61,885 nucleotides of DNA, filler included, from Choristocarpus tenellus KU-1152 (GCA_964200185.2; 11 parts of 11 records of this genome joined end to end with filler, not necessarily neighbours in it); one strand, 5' to 3'. Shown: positions 36,441-51,037, counted from the first letter of the whole stretch. Notes: generated by a model from the sequence alone, not told the origin. Numbers and translations are program-made.

Positions 36441-39400
36441 CCACTGACTGGTATTAGAGGACCAACCAAGACCTCTGCCAAGACCCCCTGTCCCCCCGTG
36501 ACCTCCCCCAGAGCCACCATAGTCTCCAAAGTCTCCGGCCCCTTGCCCAGACTGGGTTGAGGGAGGAGCAGAAGATACATAACTGGGTGGATGTTCAACA
36601 GTACAAGTCCATAAATTATAGCCTAAGGAGAAGGATGTCTACTGATTTTAAACTATGTTCCATGCGCCAAACACAAATTGTCAGCAGATGTTGTTTTTGA
36701 ATAGCACAGGATCAGTGCCCAAGACAATTAATGGCGATTCACACTTTTTCTCCTTGGAATTTTGTGTCTTGGTAGTTGTTGTACTCTGCTGACCTTACAC
36801 TTACCCCCTCCATGGCATGCCAGTGCCCATCTAGTGGCTATTCCATATCCCTTCATCGCTCCTACTGAAGATGAGTCACTTTTCGTTCTCATTTTCTCAC
36901 CTGGGACTCTTCCCCCCTTCCACTGCACGAAAGGGTTGCTGTAGCGTTGATCTCGATCTTGTTCTCCACATTGATAAGTCCTCTAGAGGCCTTAACAGAC
37001 GAATGGAGGGAGCCCAAGAGGGACTTGCATGAAAGGGTCAGGTCCCCAGTAACGTCCATTGTTCCACCAGTCTGAAGGATGGCGGCCCCATCTGAGACCT
37101 TGAGAAGATCAGAAGGTGTATAAATGATGCAAACCAAGAGGAATCACGTTTGAGGGATGGGGAGATGTGTGGATCAGTGGTAAAGAGGGTGTGAAGTTGA
37201 CCCAAAGTATCTGGGGGGGGGAAGGGGTATCTACATAAGGGTGTCCATTTGGGCCAAAACCAGGAAAGGTGCACTTATCCATCCGACATATGAAACCAAA
37301 TCACCCAAAAATCGCGACATGAAAAAATTGACCCCAAACTGACAGCCGCCACCCCCCCCCAGATACTTTGAGCCGTTTCGTAAAAAAAAATCAACAAAAA
37401 AATCAACAAATGCAATGATCATAAATAAAGCAGATGATGTTTATGCCTTCATTTTAAAAAGATCGGAAATCCTTCTTAAATGATCAACATAATTTGAAAA
37501 TGATGAGCTAGCAATGTGCAGCTGAATACATTGGGGGCCAAAGGAAGGAGTTAGTGGGCGAGACACCAACCACAGTACTTTGATTGTGCTCTGGAACACC
37601 CTGAAGTACTCTCAGATCAATAGGAGCTCAATGCTGTAGTGGCAGCACGGGGCTAGATGTGGTTCCTACAATCACTCCGTTTCTACTTTTGAGAGAGGAG
37701 GGAGTATGAGATGAGGAATACTGTACTTTGTCTAGCAGAAAATATCATTCACCGTAAGATTGAGTCCCCGTAGTCTTGCCACCGTGATTGACCCTTCCTG
37801 GACAATCTGCAAGCCTTCCTGGAGGGTGATGACGGCAGTGTTGGTACCATCATCGCCAGATGATGGCTCCAGTGCCAGCTTGCCTCCGCTTGATACAAGG
37901 ATAGACCTAGCTGTGAGTGTCAGCGGTCCTGAGGAAAGGGCTGTTACCTCTCCCCCTTTGACCTTAATGGGTGAAGGGGTATGTACAATATGGTATGCAA
38001 GGTGGAGGCTGTGAAAGACAGAGTAATGGGTCTAATTCTACAGATTGGTTGGACAAGCATTGAAAAAAAATTCGCAAACAAATAAAAAACTGATAACTAA
38101 CTCACTGATAAGTTTGCATGAGGCTACTCTATGCCCACTGTCTGAGTACAGTATAGTATACCCTTCACCGCTCTGCATGCATCATAGTTGACATACATCT
38201 GTCAAAGCAACACGCACCTGAATCTCCATGCCCTCCTCCACTACAGCACCAGGAAGGTTGTGGGCAGCACCAATCACAGCCAGAAATGACACAGTCCCAT
38301 TCCCTGAGATTACTGACCCCCCTAGGCAATACCCGTCGTATTCAAGCCCCTTCCCACCCAGGGCTAATTCTCCTCCCATTTCCACCACAAAACTGGCCCC
38401 ATCATATGCTTCCCCTTTCAATATGGGAGTGGACGAATGAGGGGTGGGGGTGAGGGTATGACAAGATTCCAAGGTTCAGGAGGGGGCTAATGTCATACTT
38501 TCAGGAGGAGAAAAATGAGCTCAAGAAGTTGTGCCCCATCAAGAGAATGTAAAACACAACTCAGTCGTGTCCAAAAATCAGAAAAATGCATAGATTTCTA
38601 GATTTCAGAACAGTTGTAGTTTATCATGGCAATCAAGGGGATCGCTGGAACGTTGAATACATATCTTGACAGCAGTATTGCTTTAGTCTGAGAGAAGATG
38701 AAGATGCTCAGAAGATAACAATGTACGTCATGGTGGGTTCAGAGAAGTGGGAAGGGGTCTCCTCTATAAGGCATATAGTTGTACACATCCAGCACAGGCA
38801 TTAACATCCAATGCACACCCCTCACCACCAGCAGCAAGTATGAGTGTTGATCCTGTGGGTACCTCCACCGTGCCATTGCTGTCAAAGGGAATTCCTATGG
38901 ATACATTTATGCCTTTAGGGATATTGATGGTGGCATTGGGGGCATTGGAGAACCTCGGCAGTGGATGGGTCCAGTTATCTATCAACTCGTAGTAGGTGAA
39001 AGGATGTGGTGTTGAGCTGTCCTCAACAAGCGATATGCCTGGACGGGTGGCAGAGTGGCGTAGAAGGACACATGTTCCCGCATGATCCTCAAAACCAAAT
39101 GCTTCACAAGCAACCTCATTGGTGGTCCAGGTTCTTACTGTCCCCACCGGCGTAGAGACACTCAGTCCCCCACTGCCATGGTCAGAGAGGAAAGTATTGC
39201 AGCAAAAAGGAGACACACTCAGATATGTAGATATACTTCAAATGGCAAGTGCATGCTTAGGGGTTTAAGCAAGAAATACGTTGTGGTTGATAGTACCATC
39301 CTTCATTGTACAGCACTGACCCTAGGAATCAACAAGAAAAGAGTCTCGTTCCCTACTCTCTCACTTGAAGCCTGTTCTCCTGCCAAACGTTTCCCTGTCC

Positions 39401-42400
39401 ATATCCCAAAGCTCTACTTGGGACGTCTCCACTCCTGTAATGTAACCCCACCCCTCTGTTCATCTCTACGTAATCCCCACCTCTTACACAGTGTTGCACA
39501 GTTTAACAAGGTGGTCTGGGAAACATAAACCAGGGCTGGCCATGCTCCACCCCCCACTAAGGTTGCATTTGCAGAACTCTGAAAGTTGAGGAGGGCATTT
39601 CCATCCTCCCAGTAGCCTCTGCTGCCCTGCCCTGCCCCTGGTGTGAAGTTTCCAAGATTTAAGAATTCAGCACCCTGCTCAGGCGGAAAGACCGAAGAGG
39701 GCAAAGGGTCCATTGTACTGCATGGTGAGCAGGAAGAATACAATGAGATGTGAGAGTCGAAATAATCCCTCTCACGAGGAAGAGGGGAGTTGGGGATGAG
39801 TGATACAAACGTATGATGTTGAGTTGAGGTTGTCGATGATGAGCTAGGGACACCACACTAGACTCATTTATAAACCAGTCCCATGTAAGGTAATACTTGG
39901 TCAAAAGAAAGGCTACACAGTAGTGTCTACTATGTGGGCAGCATCACCAGCCTTTCCTCTGCCAAAGCACCTAGGCATATTGATTCAGTGCAGTCATGGA
40001 GGCGGAAAATTGTAGCAAGGCAAAACAAACTACTGCTTGTCATCTGTTTACACCCAACCAAAAAATACCCAATACAACATTTCACACAATGCAGTATTTC
40101 CCTCTAACCTGTGTGCTGGTTATATTGCCGGACTCCCAGAGGCCTAGCCCTGCATTCACAAGCATTGCCCCGTCCTGCAATATTTTCTCCCCCTCGCCTA
40201 GTATCCTGAGTAACTTGAGGCATTTAACTTCACCACCCCCTGTCAGAGTTCCACCCTGACGATCATACGATTTTCACAAGGATGAATGGTGTGGGTGTAG
40301 AGGAGCAAAACAAAGGGGGCATGGGGCTCAAATTTTGTGAGACAGAAACATGTCTTAGGGGGGTACTTTGGAAGGGGAACAGAGAGGATGAAATCTAACA
40401 AGCAGGCAATTCTTCTTTTCTATGGTTGGGGTAATATAGATGTCACTCCACTATTTCTTTCGTTACAGCATCACTGTGACAAGACCATGAGGGACATTAC
40501 ACCACATATGCAACAAGGGTGTAAGAGCTTACAGACCACTCCATTTGCTTGGTAGTGATTGTGGCTCCTGCAACCAAGTCCACAACACCCCCAGACAGGT
40601 ACAAATCGCTGTTGATGTCGAGGGAAGCTTCAGCCCCCATCTCTACTGCTCCTCCAGACAACACGAGCACTGGCACTGATGCGTATGTTGTGAGCTGAAT
40701 AGTCCCTCCCTCGACTACAAGGGAGAGGTTTGGGCTAATGGCACCTGTATAGGATTCAAAAGACAACTCAGAAATCAACCTATGCAAATGGTGACCAATC
40801 GATTTTATTGTGTCTCATCATGTGTGCATAACCACATATTGTCCAGCATGAACATTGTCAGGGATTGTAGTATCATCTTCAACATAAGTGCCTGAAGGGC
40901 AGGGTGTCAATTTAGATTAAGCGAGGAAGGGGACTTCACAACAGTTGACACGGCTTGAAAAAGCAGGTTTGGAGGGCACAAGATAGAAGATCAGGTGAGA
41001 GGATCACTAGTGCACCGTTCTTTGTTGTAAGCAGATACTTCACAACTTTATGTGAAGATAAATTTATCACATATCAAATCCAGAAATCGAAGGATCGTGG
41101 TGCAGCAACTCAACAAAGGACGTGGATGCTATGTGGGCATTTCCTCCAATTAGAAGGCGTAAGAAGTTGTGTAGTCAGTAGTGGCTGCGACCGTGGGTAG
41201 GCATAGTCTCTACACTAAATTGAAAGAAAAAGTATAATATAACCCATATGTAATGAGAAGTAGCCAGAACAAACACTAGTCTTCTCACCAGCTTGGGCTG
41301 GCAAGTTCGAAAGCCCAATGTTTGACCACAAGATTTCTCCACCCCATCCCCCAATCAGCATAGCACTAGGATCAAAGGAAAAGCTCCCTCCCATAAACGC
41401 TAGTGTAGTGTTGGCCCCTGATACGTTCATGGTTGCTTCTGCTGTAGCAGTCCCCCCTGCCATCACCCTGAGTGTTGCATTGGCTGAAACAATATTTGCA
41501 TAGCACTCTGCTCCACCTGCTTCTCCAATAGTGAGTGGAACCTCAAAGGATGCTGTTGTCCCATTCCCAATGTCCAGCTTTGCCCCATCATGCAATGAGA
41601 AGGTGCTGAGGCTAGTACCACCACTGCTGTCAGATGAGGTTATGGAAGCAATAACAGCATCAGTGCTTCCATTGTCTGTGGTATGAGTCACCCCAAGCCT
41701 GGCAGCAGGACCCTGAAGGGACATGGTAGTTCCAACTGTCAAGTCAAGGTCTCCTCCCAACCAATTCACCTGGCCCAGGATGACAAGATCCATCGAGGAA
41801 ATAGCAACAACCCCTTCCCTGTTACCTTCCCCACGCTGGATGATTACAACACAAGAAGACGACACATAAAGGGTGACATTGTGTGTGCCAGAAGAGGAGA
41901 GAGTGGCCCCTGCCAAATTGAGGTGTGCAGCATTTACAGTGGTATTTGCTAGACCACCTGTCGCCAAGGAAGTGCTCACCAGCATCCTGGACCCTGAATT
42001 CAGTGAAATATTTTCTGCTGACAGTATGATGTCACCTTCACCACTAACGAGGCTTAGAACACCTCCTGAATTAACCTCTATATTTTGGAAGATGTGTGTC
42101 CCTTGTGTCCCTCCCCCCCATCCAGCTCTGCTGCGCTTATAATTCGTGGTTGAGTTGTTGTGAAGGGTGAGCATGCCCCTGGAGCCAATGCTCATCCATT
42201 TATCTCCCCCAACAAGAGTTCCGTTTGATATTACCATCAGTGTCAAGGAGGTGAGGTTGACCTGCGGGGGTAGGGTCATGACTCCCCCCGACATTACCTG
42301 GATTGCTCCTGTCCCATCTCCAGCAATAGCCTCTGTCACATTTAAGTAAGCCCCAGTGCGTTCAATCAAGAATAATGCACTTCCACCAATGTGTACCTTT

Positions 42401-45400
42401 GCAATGGACCGGGGGAACATGGATCAGGTCCTGTGTAAGGGCAGCAGTAGCAGTGGGACTTACAGTGGCAAGGGTAACACTTACAGCCACGAACACAAAC
42501 AGTATGGAAATCGGTTGATGGAGTACTACATAATTACTACTCTCATCTCCTCACTGTGGTAGCAAGTAAAGTCCAGGTTTCACCCTAAGCCTACCTTGAG
42601 AAGATGCATACAGGGCATATATTTTACATCCTTTGAAGGGGGGGTGGGGGAGGGGGGTTAGAGCATCTGGATGGCGTTTTGGAAATATTTGATCTCTTGT
42701 ACAAGGTAGATAGTGTTGCCCTCAACCTAGCACTGACTCCCTGATAAGAGGTGGAGACGTGGTCAATATCCTTCCTTTATCTTTGACACTAGCCCCATAC
42801 TCATTTTTTTGTTGTCAGTCCCAGAAAGTCCTTGCAGCTCAGAGGACAAAGGTCAGTGTTCCCTTGCAGCAATGTGGATTTGAGACCACTGAATGCCAGA
42901 CTTTAAGAGAAGTCTTGCATACAATTATCCCAAGTCCACATTCCAAGAATACGGATTGTACACCCGTACTACGCTACCCGTTGTTAACACACAAAAACGC
43001 GGAAAACTGAAAGGAGGTGGCAAGGCTTCATTTCTGAGCAACACCGAGCCAAGAGGTGCACAAGATTTGAGAACAGTGACAGACCAACAAGTGGTGGGAT
43101 CGCTGAACCCCACGTGGAAGAAGTAAGGCATGAAGAGAGCCAGTGCAATTGGGTGCAGTGAAACAGTGATAATTTTGCTTTACTTCAAAGTAGTTAGTAA
43201 GAGAAGAATTAGTGTAGCATGTAGTTTGTGCCTCCAAACCATGGGCTGGGATAGCTTCCAGGTCAAGGTGAAGGCGACAAATCGAAAATTGAGCCCAAGA
43301 TCGAATCGAACCCTAGATACCACCCCAGACACTGTTACAGGTTTTGACTTTCAGCACGCACCTGCGAAATACTCTGGATCTGACTTGTTCTGTCTTGTTT
43401 TGGAATTAAAGGCGTTCCATCACCTCCATCTTGACCGTTGTTATCAACAATGAGTTGATCTGTAGCGGTGTCCATCTGTCCATGACCGAAACAAGAAGAG
43501 GATAGGGTCATCTGGTGGTGTGCCAAGTACCAGATACTCCACTACTTCAAAGAGCCAAATTTTACTGCACATGTATAAAATTTACTTTGGAGTTAGTACT
43601 GTCCTATGCTTTGAACTATGGACAGAAAATTATATTTCCAGAGTATCTGCCCAACTTGTATTGCGACCTTCCTTCCCTCACTGCCATTGGCATTGAGATA
43701 ATCCAAGTTTTTGTGTGCATGGTTTGCCAGCCTGACCTTGCATCGGTTTTGTCAAATTCAACAAATCTCGCCTCACCCATGCCCTTCCTTCTCCTTCCAG
43801 GTCTCTCCTTACAGACCTCCAGCCACGACTTGTTGGCCTACACAAAAAACTATTTATTTCTTGAGCAATTCGCAGGTGTTTTTTCTCATGGCTGTCACGA
43901 AATGGTCTGTGTTGAGTTTGTGGTTGAGTTATAAATGAATAAGCAGGCCCTTTACTACCAGGATTGGTCCCGAGCTATGTTGTTTAGCAAATCAGTGGCA
44001 AAACCAGTCCTCCCCATTCCTACTCTCCTGATTGAAAGTCCCCCCTACATCTTTCTGCACACTTCAAACTACAATGATAAAGAAAGCCGTTGTTGTGGAC
44101 TGACCAAGGCAATGCCCAACTCATGCCAACTAAGTGTAGGTCCGGTTGATCATAACAAATTGAGATGATAAAGATTTCAACAAGTCCTTTCTCTTGAGTC
44201 TCTCATGTCGTGGTGTATCAGGATAAAGGGGTAGCCCCTCTACAGAGCGCTAGATGAAATCAGCACAGTCTTAGATATTCCAACTCCTGCCCCTCACCTC
44301 TCCCAGGTAGATAGTGCCTGCCGCAGCACGGGTGGAAGAGTGTCGAGTATGCATGGCCTGCCAGCCCCCAAAGGCAGTCACATTCCCTGAATACTCAGAC
44401 ATTGAGTTATGGTTGTTGAAGAGCAATGCAACCGCCCACACAGCACCGCACGCCACACGCCCAACCCACACCAGCACACCCGCCCACCCCCNNNNNNNNN
44501 TCCCCCCACCCCCACCTCCTCCAGACAACCAGCCTCCTGGGTAACCACCACTGCCGCCATTGGCCTGATGATGAACTCAAGGTTGGGGAAGGAAAAGGAA
44601 CAGAATAAGGAACATACATAGTATATGCATCATTTGTTATTGACGAAATCATGCCTAAGCAATGGTTAATGCCCGCTTTGTGAAATAACAATGAGGACAA
44701 ACGGCCTTCTTCTTCTTCCTCCCCATCCATATGTCGTTACTACTAGCTCTCAGTCTAAGCAGCTCGGTGGAGAAAGTAGGGGTATACCAATGAGTTTTGT
44801 GCCACTGGTAGCAGGAGTTTGCTATGATTACACTTTGTATTTTTCTTTACAACCTAATAAAGAGTAAACTCACAGAAATTGCTCCAACGCCACTGATCTG
44901 TCCTGTAATGTTCAGGAGAATACTTCCACCCGATCCTCCACCACCTGCATTCTGATTGGCATCCCCTCCATTGGCTGAGATGCTTCCATCAAGGACTATG
45001 GTGGTCGCATGAATAGCCACATGTCCTGTAAGCGCAGGTGAAGGAGTTATTGCTGGTAAGAGGACCGTCTAAAGAGAAGAGGGGAAGGAAGGGATTGGGG
45101 CACAATAGCAATCAGTGACACCTTATGACAAGTATCTCAAACCACCAAACTGCCAAACAGCCCGGGCTTGCCCTATTTCTAGAGGTGTTCGACAGATGAT
45201 AAAGGGATTTGCAGTATGGTGAATTACTCTAGTACAATGTGAATGGAAAAATGGAGCTGACACAAAAGGACTTGTTGTGTGTCTGTAGCGAGTAGACGCA
45301 TGCTTTGAAGCACTGAGAAATTAATATCAAGTATCGTGCAGCACATGTGCATCGATTCTGCAAACCTCACTCCCACCCCAAATATACTCTCAATCACGCA

Positions 45401-48400
45401 TCCACAACCTTCTTTTCCAGAGCAGGTAATGACATTGATACAGATATGTATATATATATATATAGAGAGAGCGATATCAAGAAGGCCAAGAACATCTACC
45501 AACATGAACAAGACCCACTTTGTTATCAATAGTAATAACGTTTCATGTCACTCTGGTCCATCTCACCTCCCCCAGCTCCTCCAGAACCGTAGTCACTGCT
45601 CCCTCCCCCACTGCCCCATTCTACAGGCAAGAAGAGGTCACCATAGGCTTCCCCCCCGATTGCATATTGACTATGTCCACCCCTTCCAGCATGTCCCCCA
45701 CCTGCTCCCCCTGTCGAGCCTGTCCCACCTGCTCCAGGGCCACCCTCTGCTGGGTAGCCTTCAGCAGATGAGTCAATCACTGAACCTGTTCTCACAGAGA
45801 GCGCTTTGACAACCATCCGGAGGGTAGATACCTGCAGAGGAAAAAAAATGTAATTACTCTGGAATGCGTCCCTTGAAGCAGAAAGATACTAAACAACCTT
45901 GTTGAAGAGCCAAAGTATCTTAGAGGGTAGAGTCGTGTCCATATGCGGACCAAAATCCAATGTTGCGATTTTGATGTAATTTTGGCTATCATGTTTGTTA
46001 GGGAGTGCTAATATCCTTGTTCCGGACATACCTTTTCATAACGTATACATTTTACCAACTCCGAAACATTTTGAAGTAGGAAAATGTCATCAAAACCCTC
46101 ATGGGAAGCCAAGCCCTAAACGGATAAACAGGGCAAAACTCATACCCTCTAAGATACTTTCACTCTGAAATCATGACCATATGAAGATAATCTCCTCCTC
46201 AGCCAGACAAGGAGAAGACTAAGATTTGGGTGAAACTTATGCATGGTGGGAGGATGGACAAGCTATAAGGTGAGTTTTCTAAGCTCTTGAAATTTTGGGG
46301 CATTACTCCACAAACTCTATTGCATTTTCGTCAAATTCCCTTCTCCCTCTTCACTCTCCCCGACCCCATCCCCCATTCCTCATCCCCCATTCCCACCCTT
46401 TGGTACCCATATCTGTCACCTCAAGAGTAGATTTCCCCTCCAAACCCACTGCTGCAGCTGTGACAGTGCCATTGCCCAAGCTAAGGGTAGATGCCCCATC
46501 CAGGTACACCATTCCGTGGTCAAGAGACAAGAAAACCTCCCCCCCCTCATCTCCTGTCATTCCTGTTCCCAAGACCACTGAAGCTCCTCCTCTAAGTACT
46601 AAGGATAGGGAGTTTGTGCCTTCAGTGCTTATCTTCCGCATGGGTATATAGGCTGGGAGTGTATGCGCCCCTCCAACAAATGCGAGTGTTCCGTAACCAC
46701 CAACAACTGCACCCTGTGGTTAAGGGCACCAATGTATTTTTAGGGCACAGGGACCGTAGAATAATATCAAAGGGGGATTTGGGGGAATTGAGTCCTGACT
46801 AGCACTGAATTGGAGGACTTTACAGTGGAGGTTAGGTTTGGTAAGAAGGCAGAGAGGCTCAAGATAAAGACTCAGTAAAGGCAGAGTAAGTTATATGGGT
46901 ATACATGGAGCTGTCCTTGGAGATTGAGGAAACTGGGAAAAGGCAGGGTGGGGCACTACACCACTTCGTGGCTCCTGTGGGATGCAGAAGGGTCATCTCT
47001 CAAATGAAACCTTACAACATCAACAGGGTCATTTGCACTGGTGAATGTCTAGAGCCTTACAAAAGTCCTTGACACACCAATTGCCATGGGTATTGGCGAT
47101 CTATGGTATATGGGCTCATCACCAAACTGGGAAAAAGTATGAGTTAGATAGACCCCTAGTGTCAGTATACAGTGTCTGAATTTCTTCCTCGCCTCATGCA
47201 TGTCAAAGTCCTTGCTTGAGATTGTAATGTTAGCTCCATCATGTAGCTGGAGGGATGATCCATAGCCCAAGGAACCTCCCCAGCGGACAGTGAGATTTGC
47301 TCCAACCACCTCCACGGAGGACATGCCTTCCACTGTCAATGCTGCATGAAGGTAAACCAATGCCCCTTCAACCACCCTCAACAATCCCCCTGCTGTTACA
47401 TTGATCACTGTGTAATTGTTCAGGGACAAAGGTAGGTGCAAAGAGAGATCGATCAAGCCACTGCCTTGAATTCTCTGGAGGCTTTTCTAAATACATTTCA
47501 CAAGTAGCGACAGGGGAGCATAGAGGAGGGGCTATTCAGTACTGTTAGAAAACAAGCTCAGTGGGAGGAAGTTTCATGCGCCACCTTATGACTGGGATAA
47601 CAAGGAAAGTATATGCAATATGTGCTGGTTATTGCCTTAAGTTGTTAGGAGCTCAGGGCTCTAGTAACTACTCCAGAGTATTTGTTTCAGTGGGTAGGGA
47701 CCCACCTGTATAAACTAGACAGTTTCTCCTACCCATTTAAGTCGGGTCACAAATGCACTGTGAGGGGAATAGTAGACTGCTTCTCTTACCCAATTCATTT
47801 TGGTTATGCACGCACATGGAGGGTAGATATTGTTCTGATCAGTACTCTTCTCATAGTGGCTGAAAGCTCCTGCGTCAACAGTCAAGAGTCCCCCAACCTA
47901 GAGGTGGTGCAATGGTGGTTATTGGAATACAAAACGGTTTCAAGGAAAAGGATTGGGAGGATTAATGGGAAGTGAGACTTGGTGAAAGTATTTACACTGA
48001 GTTTTTGTGTTGGTCTAGGTGGATGAAGGCAGCAATAATTTGGCAAAGAACCCAGAGTCATTTTGCCTTTACTCTTTAGCAATGCTGCGCCACCCATGGC
48101 CCGAAGTATATGGGGGGGGGGGTGGGGGTCTACACCAGGGTGTCCATTTTGGTCCGAAACCAGGAAAAGTGCACTTTCATTATCCAGCTGACGTATGGAA
48201 CCAAATCATTCGAAAGTCGTGACATGAAAAGATTGACCCCAAATGGACAGCCGCCACCTCCCCCAGATACTTTGAGCCCCATACCTGCAAGGGCAGAAGT
48301 AGAAAAAAAAATTCTGAGTGTTTCAACCAAACCCAGCAAACAATCAAGAAAATAGAAAAATTGTGCTGGGTTCTGCTATGCCCACCTGGTCAGACGAGAG

Positions 48401-50030
48401 CTCACTGAGAAGACACGATAATGTTGAGGGGTTGTGATCAAAGCTTGAGCACACAGCATTAATGTCGCACAGTGATGCACACTCCTCCAGTGAAGTCCCT
48501 GCCCAAGGGGAGGATTCCAATATATCAATGGGGTTCTATGGGGTGTTTCAGCGTGACCTTTTCCTGTTGGGGAGGCTCAATGTGGAATGTTGGATATGTT
48601 TGTGGACAGGGCACAAATTGTTCTTTTCCATATAGAGCTCTAGTACCATCTTCTAACCTGTCTATCGATTTATACTATTTGTTTGTATCATCATTTTGTT
48701 TATCAATATATGTTTTACTTTGTAAGTATTATTTTTTTCAGTAATGCTACCGAGATAGCTGGTATTGATCTTGACACAAGAGTGGAAGCATTGGATACAT
48801 GCTCTCCTGAAGCACAAAGGTGACTCTCTGCCTTAACGTCATGCTTCTGTAACTGCACAAAAGGTTTCGTCTCTCAAGGGAAGAGATGACAATAGATTGC
48901 CAGTGGGTTCACTATGGATGAGCCTTTCTTTGCTGTCATATGCGGCAGACAAATAAAAAATGTGGAAGAAATCTTTCTGCTAATAGAAAGAACTTGTACT
49001 CATCCTTTTCTCACAGAAAGAATTGCAATTACCCAGGTTTGATGCGCCACTCGGGATTCTAAAAAAAACTGAAGATGAGATGGTACTATTGACTACAACA
49101 GCAACCTCCCTGATGTACCTTTATGAATAGCGACAATTTAAACTGTAAATATTTCAAGTACCCCACCAGTGGACTCTAGTGAGCGGTGTGCAGGGCCTTG
49201 AACTAGATTCAGGGCACTCTTTCTCACCAACATGTCATCAACAACCCCGAGGCAGCTACCAATCGTGGGGTTTGAATACCAAAAATAGAAGGGGCATGTT
49301 TTCAACTGGATTCCACAGTAGTATGCAGTGTGACCTCAACGGGTGCTACAACCATAGTGCCTTGTGTGTGTGAGTCGAAGTATTTAAGAGGGTAGGGCCA
49401 TGTCTGTTGGGGGTCATAATCCAATGTAGCGATTTTGATGAAATTTGGCTATCACGTTGTTAGCACGTGTCAATATCCTTGCTCCATACATACCATTCAT
49501 AGTTGTGTACATTTTAGGTAACTGTGTTCACGCAAAAAAACGAAAAAGGGCATAAAAAATCATAGGAACCCAAGCCCCAAATGGACAAACAGGATCAAGC
49601 TCCTACCCTCTTAAATGCTTTGGATCTGTATAGTACAATACTGGAATGGATCCGGCAATGTTTGATAGTGATGGATTTCCGCTTTTACCTTCTCCAATAA
49701 GGGTGTTATCCAACGTGCTGTGGAGGGGAGCATGCACACCTTAATTTTTTTAAAGTGAGGATCTGTTGCAGCATCTGAGTCAACACAACCGAGAGGGGGG
49801 GGTGCCACTGAGTTTTAATGACCTCTTTGACTTTCTAGTGTCACATGTATTTGGAGCACTAGGTCCACACCTGTCATGTGCATTTTGACAGTTTCATAAT
49901 TACTTTCAGTTTTCCAGAAGCAAGTTAACCTTATCGTCATCCCCCTTCGAATGTCTTTGAACAAAGCTAAGAACCCCTTAAAACTCAAAACAGCCAAAAT
50001 ACTCACCTCTCTTGATTACTTGGACTCATC
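36441..50030 (-). CDS. Very large multi-exon extracellular protein with Gly-rich beta-solenoid-like repeats and PAN/Apple domains (partial)
   Basis: Many AG/GT-bounded open exons, e.g. near 48386-48497 (TSLEECASLCDINAVCSSFDHNPSTLSCLLS), 47180-47460, 46390-46700, 45570-45830 (GAGGGHAGRGG...YGDLFLPVEWGSGGG), 44870-45027 (NAGGGGSGGSILL), 41290-42430, 38770-39190 and 36900-37100. Exon boundaries approximate. Confidence 0.8.
37199..37374 (+). mobile_element. MITE family A copy (intronic)
   Basis: Full length, flanked by GTT/GTT. Confidence 0.88.
45907..46166 (+). mobile_element. MITE family C copy (intronic)
   Basis: AAAGTATCTTAGAGGGTA...TACCCTCTAAGATACTTT TIRs, probable GAA/GAA duplication. Confidence 0.82.
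48098..48279 (+). mobile_element. MITE family A copy (intronic)
   Basis: Full-length homologue of 24427-24607, probable CAT duplication. Confidence 0.82.
49372..49626 (+). mobile_element. MITE family C copy
   Basis: TTTAAGAGGGTAGG...CCTACCCTCTTAAA TIRs flanked by TGT/TGT. Confidence 0.8.
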
Positions 50031-50137
50031 TTAAAATGTATTAATCTTCTCTTCTACCCCACCCCCAAAAGGAGGTTGAACAGGATTACAGAGCGATTCA
50101 TCTCTTTTTGTGGCCACTACTTTCCTGTTGGAATGTA

Positions 50138-50289
50138 GGCTCAAAGTATCTAGGGTGGGGGTGGCGGCTGTCCATTCGGGGCCCATTTTTCCATGTCTCA
50201 ATTTTTGGGTGATTTGGTTGCATGTGTCGAATGGATAATGTAAGTGCACTTCTCCTGGTCAGGGTCTGAATGGACACCCTGGTGTAGAC
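50138..50289 (-). mobile_element. MITE family A copy (truncated by gap)
   Basis: Starts GGCTCAAAGTATCTAGGG; colinear with the copy at 882. Confidence 0.8.
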
Positions 50290-50927
50290 NNNNNNNNNNN
50301 NNNNNNNNNNNNNNNNNNNNNNNNNNNNNNNNNTTAATTAATTAANNNNNNNNNNNNNNNNNNNNNNNNNNNNNNNNNNNNNNNNNNNNGAGAGGCTGTT
50401 CTTTGAAGTACTTACTATGTACGCATCATGCCACACAACACACGTTCCAAGTGCAAATATCTTAGTAATTCCTACTTCATGCGACATCCATATTTTCTTA
50501 ATGGGGCAATGTAGACAGTAAGCTGTCTATCCACAAATAAATGCACTCACAAAGAGTAAACCACTGTATTGTATACTCTGTTTAAGTAGCATCTGAGTAA
50601 AAGTGCAGTGCATTTGGCACCCTCTCAGTAAAGGGAGTGAAGAGAGATCAATTTTTAAATATATATATATATATCTGGGTTGGAAAAAAGCGCGAATGAA
50701 TCATCACCACTATCAAAAATATGCGGAAGACCAGTCGTACTTCCAAACTAAGGTATACGATATTAGAGGGGCATGTTGTTGAGTAATTGGGCCCCAGAGA
50801 CTGCCATCAAATGCATTTGCTCCTAGAATCTAAAGAGCAGTATTTCGCTGCTTCTTTTATGAACAAGCCACTGTCCTATATTCTACTACAGTCAGATCTT
50901 CCTAAGAGGAGTTGGCTGCATTCACAC

Positions 50928-51037
50928 AACAGCCGATTTCAAAAATTGAGGATGGGCTTGACCCAAAATTGACTGGGATAAAGTGTCGATATTAATTTTT
51001 TTTAAAGCTCCATCCTCAATTTTTGAAATCGGCTGTT
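50928..51037. mobile_element. MITE family D (AACAG termini, 4-bp TSD)
   Basis: Same 28-bp TIR as 22763-22860, flanked by ACAC/ACAC. Confidence 0.88.
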
